Shown in pieces: positions 37,794 to 48,238 of a DNA stretch of 64,000 nt. Within the stretch, counting starts at the first letter, position 1. Each line of letters opens with the position of its first letter. The DNA is from Planctomycetota bacterium (lineage in GTDB: Bacteria > Planctomycetota > JAJSAM01 > JAJVHW01). A program made the position numbers and the translations under genes. The stretch spans positions 1,568,001 through 1,632,000 of the forward strand of contig CBDFJG010000004.1 in the NCBI GenBank assembly GCA_965248445.1, in the 5' to 3' direction. The notes under the pieces were generated by a model, which did not search any database, was not told the origin of the DNA, and saw only the letters and a list, made by a program, of their open reading frames with translations.

Positions 37794-40265
37794 TTGCGAC
37801 GTCACAGCCGATTCCTCGCGACCGCCTCACTCGTGGCAGTGCTCTCCCTCGCCGCTCGTGCGGACGTCGATGCCGAGATCGACACGAAGGCCAAGGTGAG
37901 CAGCGAGCTCGCAGAAGGCGAGGTCGAGACGTTTCGCTTCTGGGCACCACGCGGATCGGTGCTCACGCTGACGCTGGCCGCCAAGAAGAAGGCGCCCCTC
38001 GACTTCGTCGTCGACATCGATGTGGATGCAGGAGAGGCACCGAACTTCAGGGACGCGAAGAAGTTCAAGGACACCGGCACGAAGTTCCAGGTCAAGGGAC
38101 TGGAACTGACGCAATCGGCGTCCTACGCCCTGACCGTTCGCTCCGTGACCGGCGCCGGTGAGTACGCACTCAAGCTGAAGGTGGCGCCGAAGACGAAGTG
38201 GTCCGACGTGTTGCTAATCGGGGCGGGTGAGACCGAGAGCCTCGGCTTCGCAGCGCCGCCCGATTCGGCGGTCACCCTCAAGGCGAAGGCCGCGAAGGGC
38301 AGCGCCGCAGATCCGCGCTTCGGGGACTTCGGCGGAACCGATCTCTCCGCTGAGGGCACGGCCAAGTCGGGCTCGCACACCGTCAAGACCACAGTTCCCG
38401 AGGGCGGGGGCGACGTGTCCGTCGACGTCACCAACATCGGCGCGACCGGCGGCGACGTGAACGTCAGCGCGACGGTCAAGGCACCGAAGGTGAAGACACA
38501 GAAGCTGGACGTGCGTCCGGCTGCCCTGGGCGAGGGCTCGGGAGACGAGAGCATCCTGGCGCGCACGATCGACGCAGGCGCGGGTGGTTCGGTCGTCGTG
38601 GGCGACGGCAGCGGCATCGACGGCGCCGGTGTGCTGATCGATCCCGATGCGCTGGACACCGACACGCGGATCAGCGTCAGCAGCGTCGATCAGCCCGACG
38701 GCCTCCCCGGCCAGAGCCAGGCCGGCGGGCCTTCCGTCGCGTTCGGGCCTTCCGGCGTCGAGTTCTCGAGCCCCGCGACGGTGACGCTCCCCTACGACGA
38801 CGGCATGCTCGCTGCGGACGCCGATCCGAACACGGACCTCAGCGTGCTGCGCGTCGAGGCGGATGGGACGGTCACCGAGAACGCCGTCAGCTCGGTGAAC
38901 ACCGGGGACAACACCGTCACGACGGAGACCGACGGCTTCTCGACGTTCGTGGTGATCGGTCCGAAGGGCACACCACGGATCGAGGGCAACGAGTATTGGA
39001 ACGTCTTCGTCGAGTTCGAGGTCGTCCCGGATCAGGCGGGCATGGACAGCCGCGGCCGTGAGGTCGACTTCGGCTACGGGATCGCGACCTTCGGCGCCGC
39101 CGGCGTGACGAACGACTTCGCGTGGGGCTCCTTCGACAACTTCGTCGACTGGGCGCACGATGACAACGGCAACGTGACCATCAATGGCGCAGCGAACGGA
39201 CTCGACGTCGAACCGGGCACCTGGGACTACGGCTCGGACGGGCGCTCGGTGGAGATCCGCTACGCGGGCGAGCCCGATGTAGATGTATTCGCTCTCAGCA
39301 AGGACGGCCGCTTCCTCGCTTCGCGCTTCGCCGACTCGCCGGGATCTACCGGGGTGGGGCTCGATCTGCTCGTGAAGAAGCCGGACGTGCCGTTCGCGTC
39401 CGCCGACGTGCCCGGCACGTTTTGGTTCGCGGGGATCGACGGGGGTCTCTTCGACGACGGCGGTAACGGACCGATCTGCATCGAGTACGAAGACGGATTC
39501 GGAACCGTGCAGTTCAAGTCGAACGGCACCGTGCGGGTGGACATCACGCACTTCTTCACGGACTTCGACGGACCCGGCGGCGCGTCGGAGAGCTTCGTCG
39601 AGAGGAACCGCGAGACGGGCACTTGGAGAATCGACGAGCAGCCCGGCCCGCTGCTCGGGTCGCTCGTTCTGCAGTTCACCGATGAAGACGGGCCGTCGAC
39701 GGTCCGCGTGATGCCGGGCTGCGACGGCAACGTCATGCTCGGGATCGAAGAGGGCTTCGATCCGAACGATGCCGGCTTCAGCGTGTTCGTACTCGTTCGC
39801 CAGGGCAGCGGTCTGAAGTCGGCTGATCTCTCCGGAGACTTCGGCATGTCGAGCCTCGACTTTGGCCCGAGCACGTACGCCGTCCCGAGTCTCTCCGTCG
39901 TTCCCGACTTCGACGCGTGTGTGAGCGACGGCCTTCTGCAGTTTGACGGATCGAACTCCGTCACACTGACGGACATCATCGCGCGGGAGGTGCGGCGCGA
40001 CGACTCGGCCGCGGGCGGGGTGTTCGTCGACCAGGTCGGCCCGCAGGACGAGGGCACCATCACGTTCTCGCTCGCCAAGAACGGGAAGGTCAGCGGTCAG
40101 GACGCGGCGCCGGACGACACTCGGTTCCTAGGAGCGTTGTCGCCCGATCGCGCTCTCATGGTCTTGACGGACGATCCGCGCGATCGGGTGGAGTTCGCGG
40201 TGCTCACGATCCTGTTCGAGCTGCCGCCGCTGCAGGGCGGGGGAACCATCGGTCCGAAGCGTTGA
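37794..40265 (+). CDS. Large secreted protein: PPC-like domains, ZU5-like domain, repeated beta domains
   Basis: Signal peptide; GEVETFRF; GVLIDPDALD..FGPSGVEFSSPATVTLPY..TDGFSTF. Confidence 0.7.
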   Translation: MRRHSRFLATASLVAVLSLAARADVDAEIDTKAKVSSELAEGEVETFRFWAPRGSVLTLTLAAKKKAPLDFVVDIDVDAGEAPNFRDAKKFKDTGTKFQVKGLELTQSASYALTVRSVTGAGEYALKLKVAPKTKWSDVLLIGAGETESLGFAAPPDSAVTLKAKAAKGSAADPRFGDFGGTDLSAEGTAKSGSHTVKTTVPEGGGDVSVDVTNIGATGGDVNVSATVKAPKVKTQKLDVRPAALGEGSGDESILARTIDAGAGGSVVVGDGSGIDGAGVLIDPDALDTDTRISVSSVDQPDGLPGQSQAGGPSVAFGPSGVEFSSPATVTLPYDDGMLAADADPNTDLSVLRVEADGTVTENAVSSVNTGDNTVTTETDGFSTFVVIGPKGTPRIEGNEYWNVFVEFEVVPDQAGMDSRGREVDFGYGIATFGAAGVTNDFAWGSFDNFVDWAHDDNGNVTINGAANGLDVEPGTWDYGSDGRSVEIRYAGEPDVDVFALSKDGRFLASRFADSPGSTGVGLDLLVKKPDVPFASADVPGTFWFAGIDGGLFDDGGNGPICIEYEDGFGTVQFKSNGTVRVDITHFFTDFDGPGGASESFVERNRETGTWRIDEQPGPLLGSLVLQFTDEDGPSTVRVMPGCDGNVMLGIEEGFDPNDAGFSVFVLVRQGSGLKSADLSGDFGMSSLDFGPSTYAVPSLSVVPDFDACVSDGLLQFDGSNSVTLTDIIAREVRRDDSAAGGVFVDQVGPQDEGTITFSLAKNGKVSGQDAAPDDTRFLGALSPDRALMVLTDDPRDRVEFAVLTILFELPPLQGGGTIGPKR

Positions 40266-40317
40266 TAGCGCGTTGAACAACTCGGCGGGCCACGATCTCG
40301 CGACTTGCGGCTTCGGG

Positions 40318-43300
40318 CTAGCCTGATGCCCCGCGCGTTCGCCGCGCGACCGCCTGCCGAACGAATCGCCCGACGTCCGCGAGCAATTGCTCACGGGTGT
40401 TGCCGGACTTCTGCAGGATCTCTTGCACGGAGCCCTTGAGGCGCCTCCCGTCCGCGTCGGTGATGTCCTTCGCGGTCACCACGATCAGAGGCAGCTCCCT
40501 CCAGCGCGCGTCCGCGCGGACCGCCTCGACGAACTGGAAACCGTCCATCACCGGCATCATCAGGTCGAGCACGACGAGGTCGGCACCGTCTTCGTCGAGC
40601 CGGACGAGACCCTCCACGCCATTCGCGGCCTCGCTGATCTGCCATCCCTCGCCGCGCAGGAGTCGCACGACCATCTCGCGTGTCGTCTCGTCGTCCTCGA
40701 CGACCAGGATGCGGTGCTCGGCGCGGTTGATCTGATACGGCGCGAGCACGCCGAGCAGCGTGGCGCGGTCGACCGGCTTGGTCAGATACGCATCCACGCC
40801 CAGGGCGAGCCCGAGTCCGCGCTCTTGCACCATCGTGAGCATGACGATCGGGATGTCGGACAGCTCCGCGTCACGTCGCGCCGCGGAGAGCACCGCCCAG
40901 CCGTCCATGCCCGGCATCATGACGTCGAGGATGATCGCCGTCGGACGCAACTCCCGCGCGATGCGCAGACCGTCGCGACCGTTCGTGGCCTCGACGACCA
41001 CGAAACCCTCGCGCACGAGGTACCGCCGGACCATTTCGCGCGCGTCCGGGTCGTCGTCGATCACGAGGACCGTCGTGTGCGACGCGTCGTGCGCCGCGGC
41101 TCCGTCCGCCGGAGCGTCTGTGGCGTCCAGCGCCGCGGGCGCGTCCCGTGCCGGCAGGCGCACCGTGAACGATGTGCCCTCGCCCGGAGTGCTCGAGACT
41201 TCGATCGTGCCGGACAGCATCTCGACGAATCGCCGCGTAATCGTCAGCCCGAGACCGGTGCCTCCGTACCGCCGCGTGGTGGAGGCATCGGCTTGCGCGA
41301 ACGCGTCCCAGATCGCGGCCGATTGCTCGGCGGCCATGCCGATGCCGTCGTCGATCACCTGCAGCGTCATCCAGTCGTGCGGCTCGCCGCTCTCGCGGTG
41401 CGCCAGCAGACGGATGGTGCCGTACTTCGTGAACTTCGCAGCGTTGGAAATCAGGTTCAGCAGGATCTGCCGCAACTTGGTCATGTCCGAGTGCACCCTG
41501 CCCATGCCCACAGGGACCTCCAGCACGAGCGAGCTCTCGTTCTTCGCGATCAGCGGGTGCACTGTCTCCACGACGTCGGCGAGGGCCTGGTTCAGGTCGA
41601 ACGCCTCGTTGAACACCTCGAGGCGCCCGGCCTCGATCTTCGAGAGATCGAGGATGTCGTCGATCAGGCCGAGCAGATCGAAGCCGGCACCGCGGATCTT
41701 GCCGAGGTCCGAGACGACCTCGCTCTCGCCCCGCTCTTCTATGTCTTCGGCGACCATTTCCGCGTACCCGATGATCGCGTTCAGCGGAGTGCGCAACTCG
41801 TGGCTCATGTTGGCGAGGAACTGGCTCTTCGCGCGGCTGGCGGTCTCCGCCGTGTCCTTGGCCGTCTCGAGAGCCTCCCGCGCCTCGTGCCGCTGCGTCA
41901 CGTCGCGCAACACGCCGACGAATCTCTGCGAATCGGTGTCCCGGATCTCGGTGAGCGCAAGTGCCAGTGGGAACTCGGTCCCGTCGGCCCGCAACCCGTG
42001 CAACTCGACGCGCGATCCGATTACGTGCGGTTCGCGAGTCTCCACGAACCGCCGGAGTGACTCGGTGTGGAGAGTCCGGTAGCACTCTGGCACCAAGATG
42101 GTCAAATCCTGTCCCACCATGTCTTTCGCGCTGCGGCCGAAGATCTCCTCCGCGGCCGGATTGACGGACTCGATCACGCCGTTTGTGCCGGCGGTGATGA
42201 TCCCGTCCGCGACGCTCGTGACGATCGAGCGGACCTTCTCCTCACTGCGCGCGAGGGAGTGTGTGGTCTCGCGCAGACTGTCGGCCGAACGGGCGAACGC
42301 CTGCGAGATCAGGTATCCGACGAGTGCGGCGAGCAGCGCTCCGCAGATGCCGACGGCGAGTGTCCAGTCCGCGAGCCGGCGCAGCGGTGCAAACACGGTC
42401 TCTGTCGGTTGGTTGAGAATCAGCAACCAGCCATGCGCCGGCCGCCCGCGTCGCGTCCGTGATCGCACGAACGCACGCAAGATCTCGCCCTGCGGGGTCG
42501 GCTCGACGACCGTTCCCTGCTTGGCCGACATCAGCGCCGCGACGACGGCTTGCTCGCTGACGTCCTCGCCGAACGCGTTTGCGTCGCCCTGCCGATGGAT
42601 CAGGTGTCCGTTCGCGTCGATGAGTTCTACCGTTGCGTCACCGAGCCGGCTGCGCGTGCTGAAGCCATCGACGATCTGTCGCAGCACGGCGACGTTCAGC
42701 ACGGCTTTCATCACGCCGAGCCGCTGCCCTTCGAGGTTGTCCACCCGGACGCCGATGTCGATCGAGTGGACGCCCGCGCTCTCGTCGAATGCGATCTCCT
42801 CAGAGACCCACACGCGATCACGCCACGCTACCCTCCACCACTCCTCGTCGTCCTGGCGGAAGTCGCTGGTGCGCCCGGTCTGCCCGACGTTCGGGCCGAA
42901 CCGGTTGGTCACGAAGATCTCCGCATAAACGGACTCGTTGCGCTCACGCTCGTAGAACTCCAGCGTGCGCTTCAGGATCTGAGAGGCGGCGCTGTCGAAG
43001 ACCGACTGCATGAACTCGCTCGTCTCGTCCTCGGGAGTTGCGCGCCACTCCGCGTCCCGCCCGTCGATGACAGCCTGCACCCTCGGCTCGGGGCCGAGCA
43101 GTGCGTACTCGCGGTTGGACTCGGCGATGGCTGCGTGCAGTTCGGAATCGGTGCCTGCGAATGCGCGGATGGTCCGGACGCGGTCTCTCATCGCGCGCTC
43201 GATCTCATTCATGAGAGACGCTGCCACGGCTTCCGCGTCTCGCGAGATCGCCGCGTGCATTCCGTTCCGCGCGCGGCGGACGATCACGAACCCGGAGACC

Positions 43301-43368
43301 AGGAGGATGAGGATGACGACGGCGTAGCCGAGGAGTAGCAGCGACCTCTCGCGCGTCGGCGTCTTCAT
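40318..43368 (-). CDS. Hybrid sensor histidine kinase (Cache-like, PAS, HisKA, HATPase, two REC)
   Basis: FLANMSHELRTPL, DLSKIEAG, NAAKFT, YGGTGLGL, LDVMMP and LDLMMP. Confidence 0.95.
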   Translation of the reverse strand: MKTPTRERSLLLLGYAVVILILLVSGFVIVRRARNGMHAAISRDAEAVAASLMNEIERAMRDRVRTIRAFAGTDSELHAAIAESNREYALLGPEPRVQAVIDGRDAEWRATPEDETSEFMQSVFDSAASQILKRTLEFYERERNESVYAEIFVTNRFGPNVGQTGRTSDFRQDDEEWWRVAWRDRVWVSEEIAFDESAGVHSIDIGVRVDNLEGQRLGVMKAVLNVAVLRQIVDGFSTRSRLGDATVELIDANGHLIHRQGDANAFGEDVSEQAVVAALMSAKQGTVVEPTPQGEILRAFVRSRTRRGRPAHGWLLILNQPTETVFAPLRRLADWTLAVGICGALLAALVGYLISQAFARSADSLRETTHSLARSEEKVRSIVTSVADGIITAGTNGVIESVNPAAEEIFGRSAKDMVGQDLTILVPECYRTLHTESLRRFVETREPHVIGSRVELHGLRADGTEFPLALALTEIRDTDSQRFVGVLRDVTQRHEAREALETAKDTAETASRAKSQFLANMSHELRTPLNAIIGYAEMVAEDIEERGESEVVSDLGKIRGAGFDLLGLIDDILDLSKIEAGRLEVFNEAFDLNQALADVVETVHPLIAKNESSLVLEVPVGMGRVHSDMTKLRQILLNLISNAAKFTKYGTIRLLAHRESGEPHDWMTLQVIDDGIGMAAEQSAAIWDAFAQADASTTRRYGGTGLGLTITRRFVEMLSGTIEVSSTPGEGTSFTVRLPARDAPAALDATDAPADGAAAHDASHTTVLVIDDDPDAREMVRRYLVREGFVVVEATNGRDGLRIARELRPTAIILDVMMPGMDGWAVLSAARRDAELSDIPIVMLTMVQERGLGLALGVDAYLTKPVDRATLLGVLAPYQINRAEHRILVVEDDETTREMVVRLLRGEGWQISEAANGVEGLVRLDEDGADLVVLDLMMPVMDGFQFVEAVRADARWRELPLIVVTAKDITDADGRRLKGSVQEILQKSGNTREQLLADVGRFVRQAVARRTRGASG

Positions 43369-43381
43369 CCGTGCTGTCCCG

Positions 43382-43738
43382 TCACTCCGCTGCCCCGAAC
43401 GCGCGCAGTGCGGCGAGCACGGTCTCGAGCAGGCCGCGTGTCGCCGCCAGGAGCGGCTCGAGCGACGCATCGGGTTTGTCGCGGGCATGCGCCTCGACAC
43501 GCCGGTACTGCGCGGTCAACGCGGTCATCCCCGCAGTGGCGCTGGATCCGCCGGCTCCGTGCGCGAGCCGGAGCACGGTCGCGGCGTCGCCGCGCGCGTA
43601 GGCGTCCTCGATCTCCGCGAGTTCCTCCCACGCGCGTGGCGCGTAGAACTCGGCGAACTCCGGCACGCTCCAGCCGCAGCCCGACGCCACGCTGCGAACC
43701 GTCGTCTCGTCGATGAGGCCGTTGGAGGGACCGGGCAT
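43382..43738 (-). CDS. Hpt phosphotransfer domain protein
   Basis: GDAATVLRLAHGAGGSSATAG (AHxxxGSS). Confidence 0.75.
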   Translation of the reverse strand: MPGPSNGLIDETTVRSVASGCGWSVPEFAEFYAPRAWEELAEIEDAYARGDAATVLRLAHGAGGSSATAGMTALTAQYRRVEAHARDKPDASLEPLLAATRGLLETVLAALRAFGAAE

Positions 43739-43755
43739 CTGCTCTCCAGTCGTTC

Positions 43756-44133
43756 CTAGCTTCGACCTTCTGGATGGAGGAGTGCCTCCATCTTCTGAAT
43801 CAGCGCCGCGACGTCGAGCGGTTTCGTCGCGAAGTCGTCACAGCCCGCCTCGAGAGCGGTCTCGCGATCGCCGGCCATCGCATGCGCCGTCAGCGCGATC
43901 ACAGGCAGGTCTCTGGTCGCATCGCCGGCCTTGAGCTGCCGCGTTGCTTCCCAGCCGTCGACGACCGGAAGACTGAGGTCCATGAGGACGAGGTCCGGGC
44001 GCGCCTGTGCGATGGCATCCAGTCCGGCCTGACCGTCGTTCGCCGTGGTGACCTCGTAGCCCGTGCGCTCGAGCCGCCGCGACAGCATGTCGCGGTTCAG
44101 GTCATTGTCTTCCACGATCAGGATCTTCGGCAC
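43756..44133 (-). CDS. Single-domain response regulator (DivK-like)
   Basis: ILIVEDN, LVLMDLSLP, IALTAHAM, TKP. Confidence 0.95.
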   Translation of the reverse strand: MPKILIVEDNDLNRDMLSRRLERTGYEVTTANDGQAGLDAIAQARPDLVLMDLSLPVVDGWEATRQLKAGDATRDLPVIALTAHAMAGDRETALEAGCDDFATKPLDVAALIQKMEALLHPEGRS

Positions 44134-44259
44134 CGCCGCCGCCCTCGGAGTCTCGGATACCCGCCCCCGGACCAGCTTAGCGCAGAGTCTGGGCGAACCC
44201 AGTCTGTCCGTTTCGAAGGGTCGCCCAGTGAGCCCGCGGCTTGGTGATCTTCAGATAGA

Positions 44260-45369
44260 TCACCAGGCTGCGACGAGCTTACGCCGGGTCGATTCGTCGT
44301 AGCGCTCGGGGAACTTCACGCGCTTACCGGTCAGGTCGCGAAGCGCGTCGTGGACGTGCTTGGCGAGCGCGAGCACGCCGCGCTGCTCCCGCTCGTCGTC
44401 TCCGGGAGGAGGCGGGTACGACTGCACCAGAGCCTCCTTCACGGGGGTCCGCGCCATCTTGTGCCTCTCCGCGATCCAGGCCAGCGCGTCGATGGCGATC
44501 TTTGTCAGCCCGTTACGCCACGCGCCCGTCGCTGCGTGCGGTGCAATCGCGGCGACGGACTCCGCATCGCCACACGCCGCTAGCGCCTTGACAGCATTGA
44601 TCCGCAGCACGTTCGGATTGAGACTCTCCTTCGGCTCCGCGACGACGGCGTCCAGGTGTCGCGCAACACCCGGAGTGGGGGACTCTGCGATCGCGGCGCA
44701 GACCAGGTAACGCAGCGGGTCGTTGGGAATGGCGAGCAGCTCCTCGGCCGCAGAGGAGAGAGCGCCCGGCTCCTCCTCGGCCAGGATCTCGACCGCGCGG
44801 TAGCGAACGACGATGTCGTTGTCGTCGAGCGCCGCGAGCGCGGCCTTCACCGACGGCTTCTCCTCGAGCTGTGCCGCGCGCTCTTCCGCGGCGGCAATCG
44901 CTCCGGCCGATGCGGTGCTCCGGATCTTCCCCACGCGCGCCTTCTTCACGGCGGCGAGGAAGCTCTCGACCGACCGCCCCGTGCTGCCCATGCGCTCGAG
45001 CGTCTCGGGGTGGATCAGCCAGTGCTGGGGGTACGACGTGAACCCGAACCGGATGCACGTGCGCTCCGCGGCGAGATCCCCCTCGTTCTTCGAGAAGTCG
45101 CGGAACACGTAGAGCCAGACCGCTTCGTCGTAGGCGGGCTCCAACTCCTCGCGGGGGAGCAACTGCTCCTCCATGACGACGCAGTGGGGTCAATACGTCT
45201 TCGTCAGGTAGACGAAGATCGGCACCTCGCGTTCGATCGCCTGCTTCTGCGCTGCGGCGAAGTCGCGCACCCACGGCGGTCCCTCGGGAGGCGTCTCGCT
45301 GCCTGCCATCGCGGTTACGAGCACGAGGCACGGCACCGCCAGGATCGTGAGCAGTCGCGACAGCCGCAT
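44260..45369 (-). CDS. Exported thioredoxin-like selenoprotein (UPHC) with HEAT repeats; Sec codon at 45190-45192
   Basis: Signal peptide, then WVRDFAAAQKQA..PIFVYLTKTY-TGA-PHCVVMEE continuing in frame into ORF 44260-45174; hairpin follows the TGA. Confidence 0.82.
45153..45172 (-). promoter_or_regulatory. Putative bacterial SECIS hairpin
   Basis: GGAGGAGC-AGUU-GCUCCCCC; G-containing apical loop about 25 nt 3' of the UGA. Confidence 0.6.
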
Positions 45370-45404
45370 GGTGGGTTCCTCCCGCGGCAAGTCTACGGGC
45401 TGAC

Positions 45405-46565
45405 TCAGTCCTGGATCTCCACGCTCTTCTCGACGTACTTCCCGCCGCTCAGCGTGTTGTTCGCCTCGACGTCGTTGGACTTCTCGTCGGTCCCCGCGCC
45501 GCCGTTGACCAGCAGCCCCTTCTCGAACGTGTTGCCGAAGATGTTCACGAAGTCGTCGCCGTCCTGCAGCAATGCCTTGACCTTCTTTGCGGCCGTGCTG
45601 TTGGACATTGCGATCTGGTCGCCGCCGTCTCCGGCCTTGAGTGACGCGCCCTTGGTGAGGGACGTCCCGTTGAAGACGCTGATGGAGTCGACACCGCCGC
45701 CGGTCGAGACCTTGAGCGCACCGCCGACGGTGGCTTCGTCGAAGTTCGTGACGTCGTCGCCGCCTCCGGTCTTGACCTTGACACCCTTCGGAAACTGATC
45801 ACGCGTGGACGTCAGGAACAGACCGCCGTCGCCGCCCGTGATCTTGACGGGCTTGCCGAATGTTGAGTCCTCGATCTGAACGACTTTGCCGCCGTCACCC
45901 GTCTTCATCTTGAAGCTCTTTGCGATTTCGCAACGCGCGATACGGACGTCGTCGCTGCCGTTACCGAGGTCGACGGTCACCTTGCCGTCGCAGTCAACCT
46001 CCTCGAGCGTGACAGAGTTGTTGCCCTCGCCGACGTCGATGACCACGGACTTCCCGACGGTGATGGCCCCGTATCCCATCGCGACCTGGACGATTTCGTT
46101 GCCGGCGCCACCGTTCACGCGGAGTGAGCCGGAGATCGTCGCGTCATAGACCGAGATCACACCGCCGCCGCCGCTGTTGGAGACGGTCAGGTCGTCGAAC
46201 CCTGTGCCCCCGTACCCAACGAAGAAGCTCTCTCCGTCGCCGTCGCCGAGACTGACGTCGACGTCCCCGAGGTCGAGCTCGGCGGAGATGTCGATTGAGT
46301 CGCCACCTCCGCGCATGTCGATGCGAATCCTCCTCTTCGGCAGGGCGAAGTTGAAGGAGCCGTTCTCTCCGTTGACCGTCGTGTTGTTGCCCTTGATCCG
46401 GACGTCAACACCCTCGTTGAAGACTGTGATGCTGTTGGCCTGGTCGTCGCCGGTGATGACGAGGTCCTTCCCCTGCACGTCGACGGTGATGTTCCCGTCG
46501 GCAAGCGCGAGCGGGGCCAGGATGAGGCATGCCAGGAGTGTGGTAGTGCGTGTGTTGGTCTTCAT
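45405..46565 (-). CDS. Secreted beta-solenoid-like repeat protein
   Basis: Signal peptide; ~22-aa repeats with xxGxGDDxV. Confidence 0.75.
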   Translation of the reverse strand: MKTNTRTTTLLACLILAPLALADGNITVDVQGKDLVITGDDQANSITVFNEGVDVRIKGNNTTVNGENGSFNFALPKRRIRIDMRGGGDSIDISAELDLGDVDVSLGDGDGESFFVGYGGTGFDDLTVSNSGGGGVISVYDATISGSLRVNGGAGNEIVQVAMGYGAITVGKSVVIDVGEGNNSVTLEEVDCDGKVTVDLGNGSDDVRIARCEIAKSFKMKTGDGGKVVQIEDSTFGKPVKITGGDGGLFLTSTRDQFPKGVKVKTGGGDDVTNFDEATVGGALKVSTGGGVDSISVFNGTSLTKGASLKAGDGGDQIAMSNSTAAKKVKALLQDGDDFVNIFGNTFEKGLLVNGGAGTDEKSNDVEANNTLSGGKYVEKSVEIQD

Positions 46566-46730
46566 GGCGCGAGGCTATACGAGCACCGAGTCGGTTCGGC
46601 CGGGGCGAATTGGTACCCCGCCGGGTCCGATCGTTCCTCGTTGGTTACACAGCCGTAACGCGAATTGCCGTGAACCCGGGCCTGGCGTTTGCGTCTGTAG
46701 AGACAGCGCGAAGATCGCGAGGAGGCTGCC

Positions 46731-48230
46731 ATGCAGTTGCGCACCGCTTGGACCCTGTTGGCCGCCGTCCTGCTCACGGCGGGAACGGCACTCGGAGAGG
46801 ACGGGGAGGCTGAGCCGGTAGCGCAAGCGCAAGGCCCCGTCGTCGGCATGGACTTGTCGTTCCGCATCCCCGGAGGCAAGGGCATCTCGCACACGCCCGC
46901 CGTCGTGTTCACCAAGGACGGCAAGCGCATGGTGACCGCCACGTCGGACGGCAAGCTCGTCGTGTTCGCCGCAGAGGACCGCCGCCTTCTCAAGGAGATC
47001 GCACTGCCTGAGAAGGGCAGCAACGGTGTGAGCATCGACCCCGCGGGCAAGTACGCCGCGTGGACGCTCGCCGACAAGGGGCTTGTCGTCATCGACCTGG
47101 CAACCGGCAAGGAGATCGCGCGGGACGCGGAGTTCAAGGCGGAGTGGGTCGCGGTCTCGCCCGATGCCAAGACCGTCGCCGTGACGAGCATCGAGATCCG
47201 CGACCTGAAGACGCTGAAGCGCGTCGGTCACGCGCTCGCTGCGCCCAGCGCCGTCACGAACGTCGCCTGGAACGCAGACGGCAGTCGCCTCGCGTACACA
47301 ACCGCGAGCGGGCACGTCGAGATCCGTGACACGAAGACTCGCAAGCACGTCTTCGAAGCCAAGAAGAGCGTCGCGATGCACGCGCTCGCGTTCGATCCGA
47401 CGGGCAAGTACTTCGCGTTCGGCGGCCAGGACAACCAGGTCTACCAGGTCGATCTCGCGACGAAGGACGAGACCGTCATCTCGAAGAACCAGCCGTTCTG
47501 GATCACATGCCTCGGCTACAGCCCAGACGGCCAGCGCATCGCTGTGGGGGACGAGTCGTGCGACATCTGGCTGTACGACATCGAGCCCGCGCAGTTGACG
47601 TTCCACAACAAGCACCACGTCGAGTGCTGGCTGAGTGAGGTCGCCTGGGCGCCGGACAACGAGACCTTCCTGTTCGGCTGCCGTCCCAACACACACGCCG
47701 GGCGGCCGTCGCTGCACGCGCCGCTCCAGATGGCCGAGGCCTCACGATCGGATGCCGCCCGCGCCACGCGTGCGGGCCTGCTCGCGGCGCTCGACGCCGA
47801 GATCAAGAAAGAGAAGGACGACACTCGGAGAACCTCGCTCTCGCTCTATCGCGACTCGCTCGTGGGCGAGGAGACAGTCGGGATGTACGGCTGGAGCGGA
47901 TACGGCGGCAGTTTCGGCGCCGGCGCTGCTGGTCCCACCACCGGCGGCGGCGAGATCGTGTTCGACGGCGGGGCCGCGGAGACGGTGACGGCGACCGGCG
48001 GGACGTTCGACGGTGGCGGTGGTGCCGGCGGCAAGGGCCGCGCGGGCGCTTCCGCGCCCCCCGACCTTCCGGCGAACGTGCAGAAGCTCCTCGACGCGCA
48101 CCAGAAGACGCTCACCGACGAGGCGAAGAAGGTCGCCGCCGACTTCTGCGTGAACCAGTGGAAGGTGACGCCCCCAACGGAGAAGGAGCCGGAGAAGACA
48201 CCGGTGGAGAAGAAACCCGCCGAGAAGTAG
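46731..48230 (+). CDS. Secreted WD40 beta-propeller protein
   Basis: GGAGG RBS, signal peptide; FTKDGKRM, VSPDAK, WNADGSRL, YSPDGQRI repeats. Confidence 0.85.
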   Translation: MQLRTAWTLLAAVLLTAGTALGEDGEAEPVAQAQGPVVGMDLSFRIPGGKGISHTPAVVFTKDGKRMVTATSDGKLVVFAAEDRRLLKEIALPEKGSNGVSIDPAGKYAAWTLADKGLVVIDLATGKEIARDAEFKAEWVAVSPDAKTVAVTSIEIRDLKTLKRVGHALAAPSAVTNVAWNADGSRLAYTTASGHVEIRDTKTRKHVFEAKKSVAMHALAFDPTGKYFAFGGQDNQVYQVDLATKDETVISKNQPFWITCLGYSPDGQRIAVGDESCDIWLYDIEPAQLTFHNKHHVECWLSEVAWAPDNETFLFGCRPNTHAGRPSLHAPLQMAEASRSDAARATRAGLLAALDAEIKKEKDDTRRTSLSLYRDSLVGEETVGMYGWSGYGGSFGAGAAGPTTGGGEIVFDGGAAETVTATGGTFDGGGGAGGKGRAGASAPPDLPANVQKLLDAHQKTLTDEAKKVAADFCVNQWKVTPPTEKEPEKTPVEKKPAEK

Positions 48231-48238
48231 CGGCGCCC

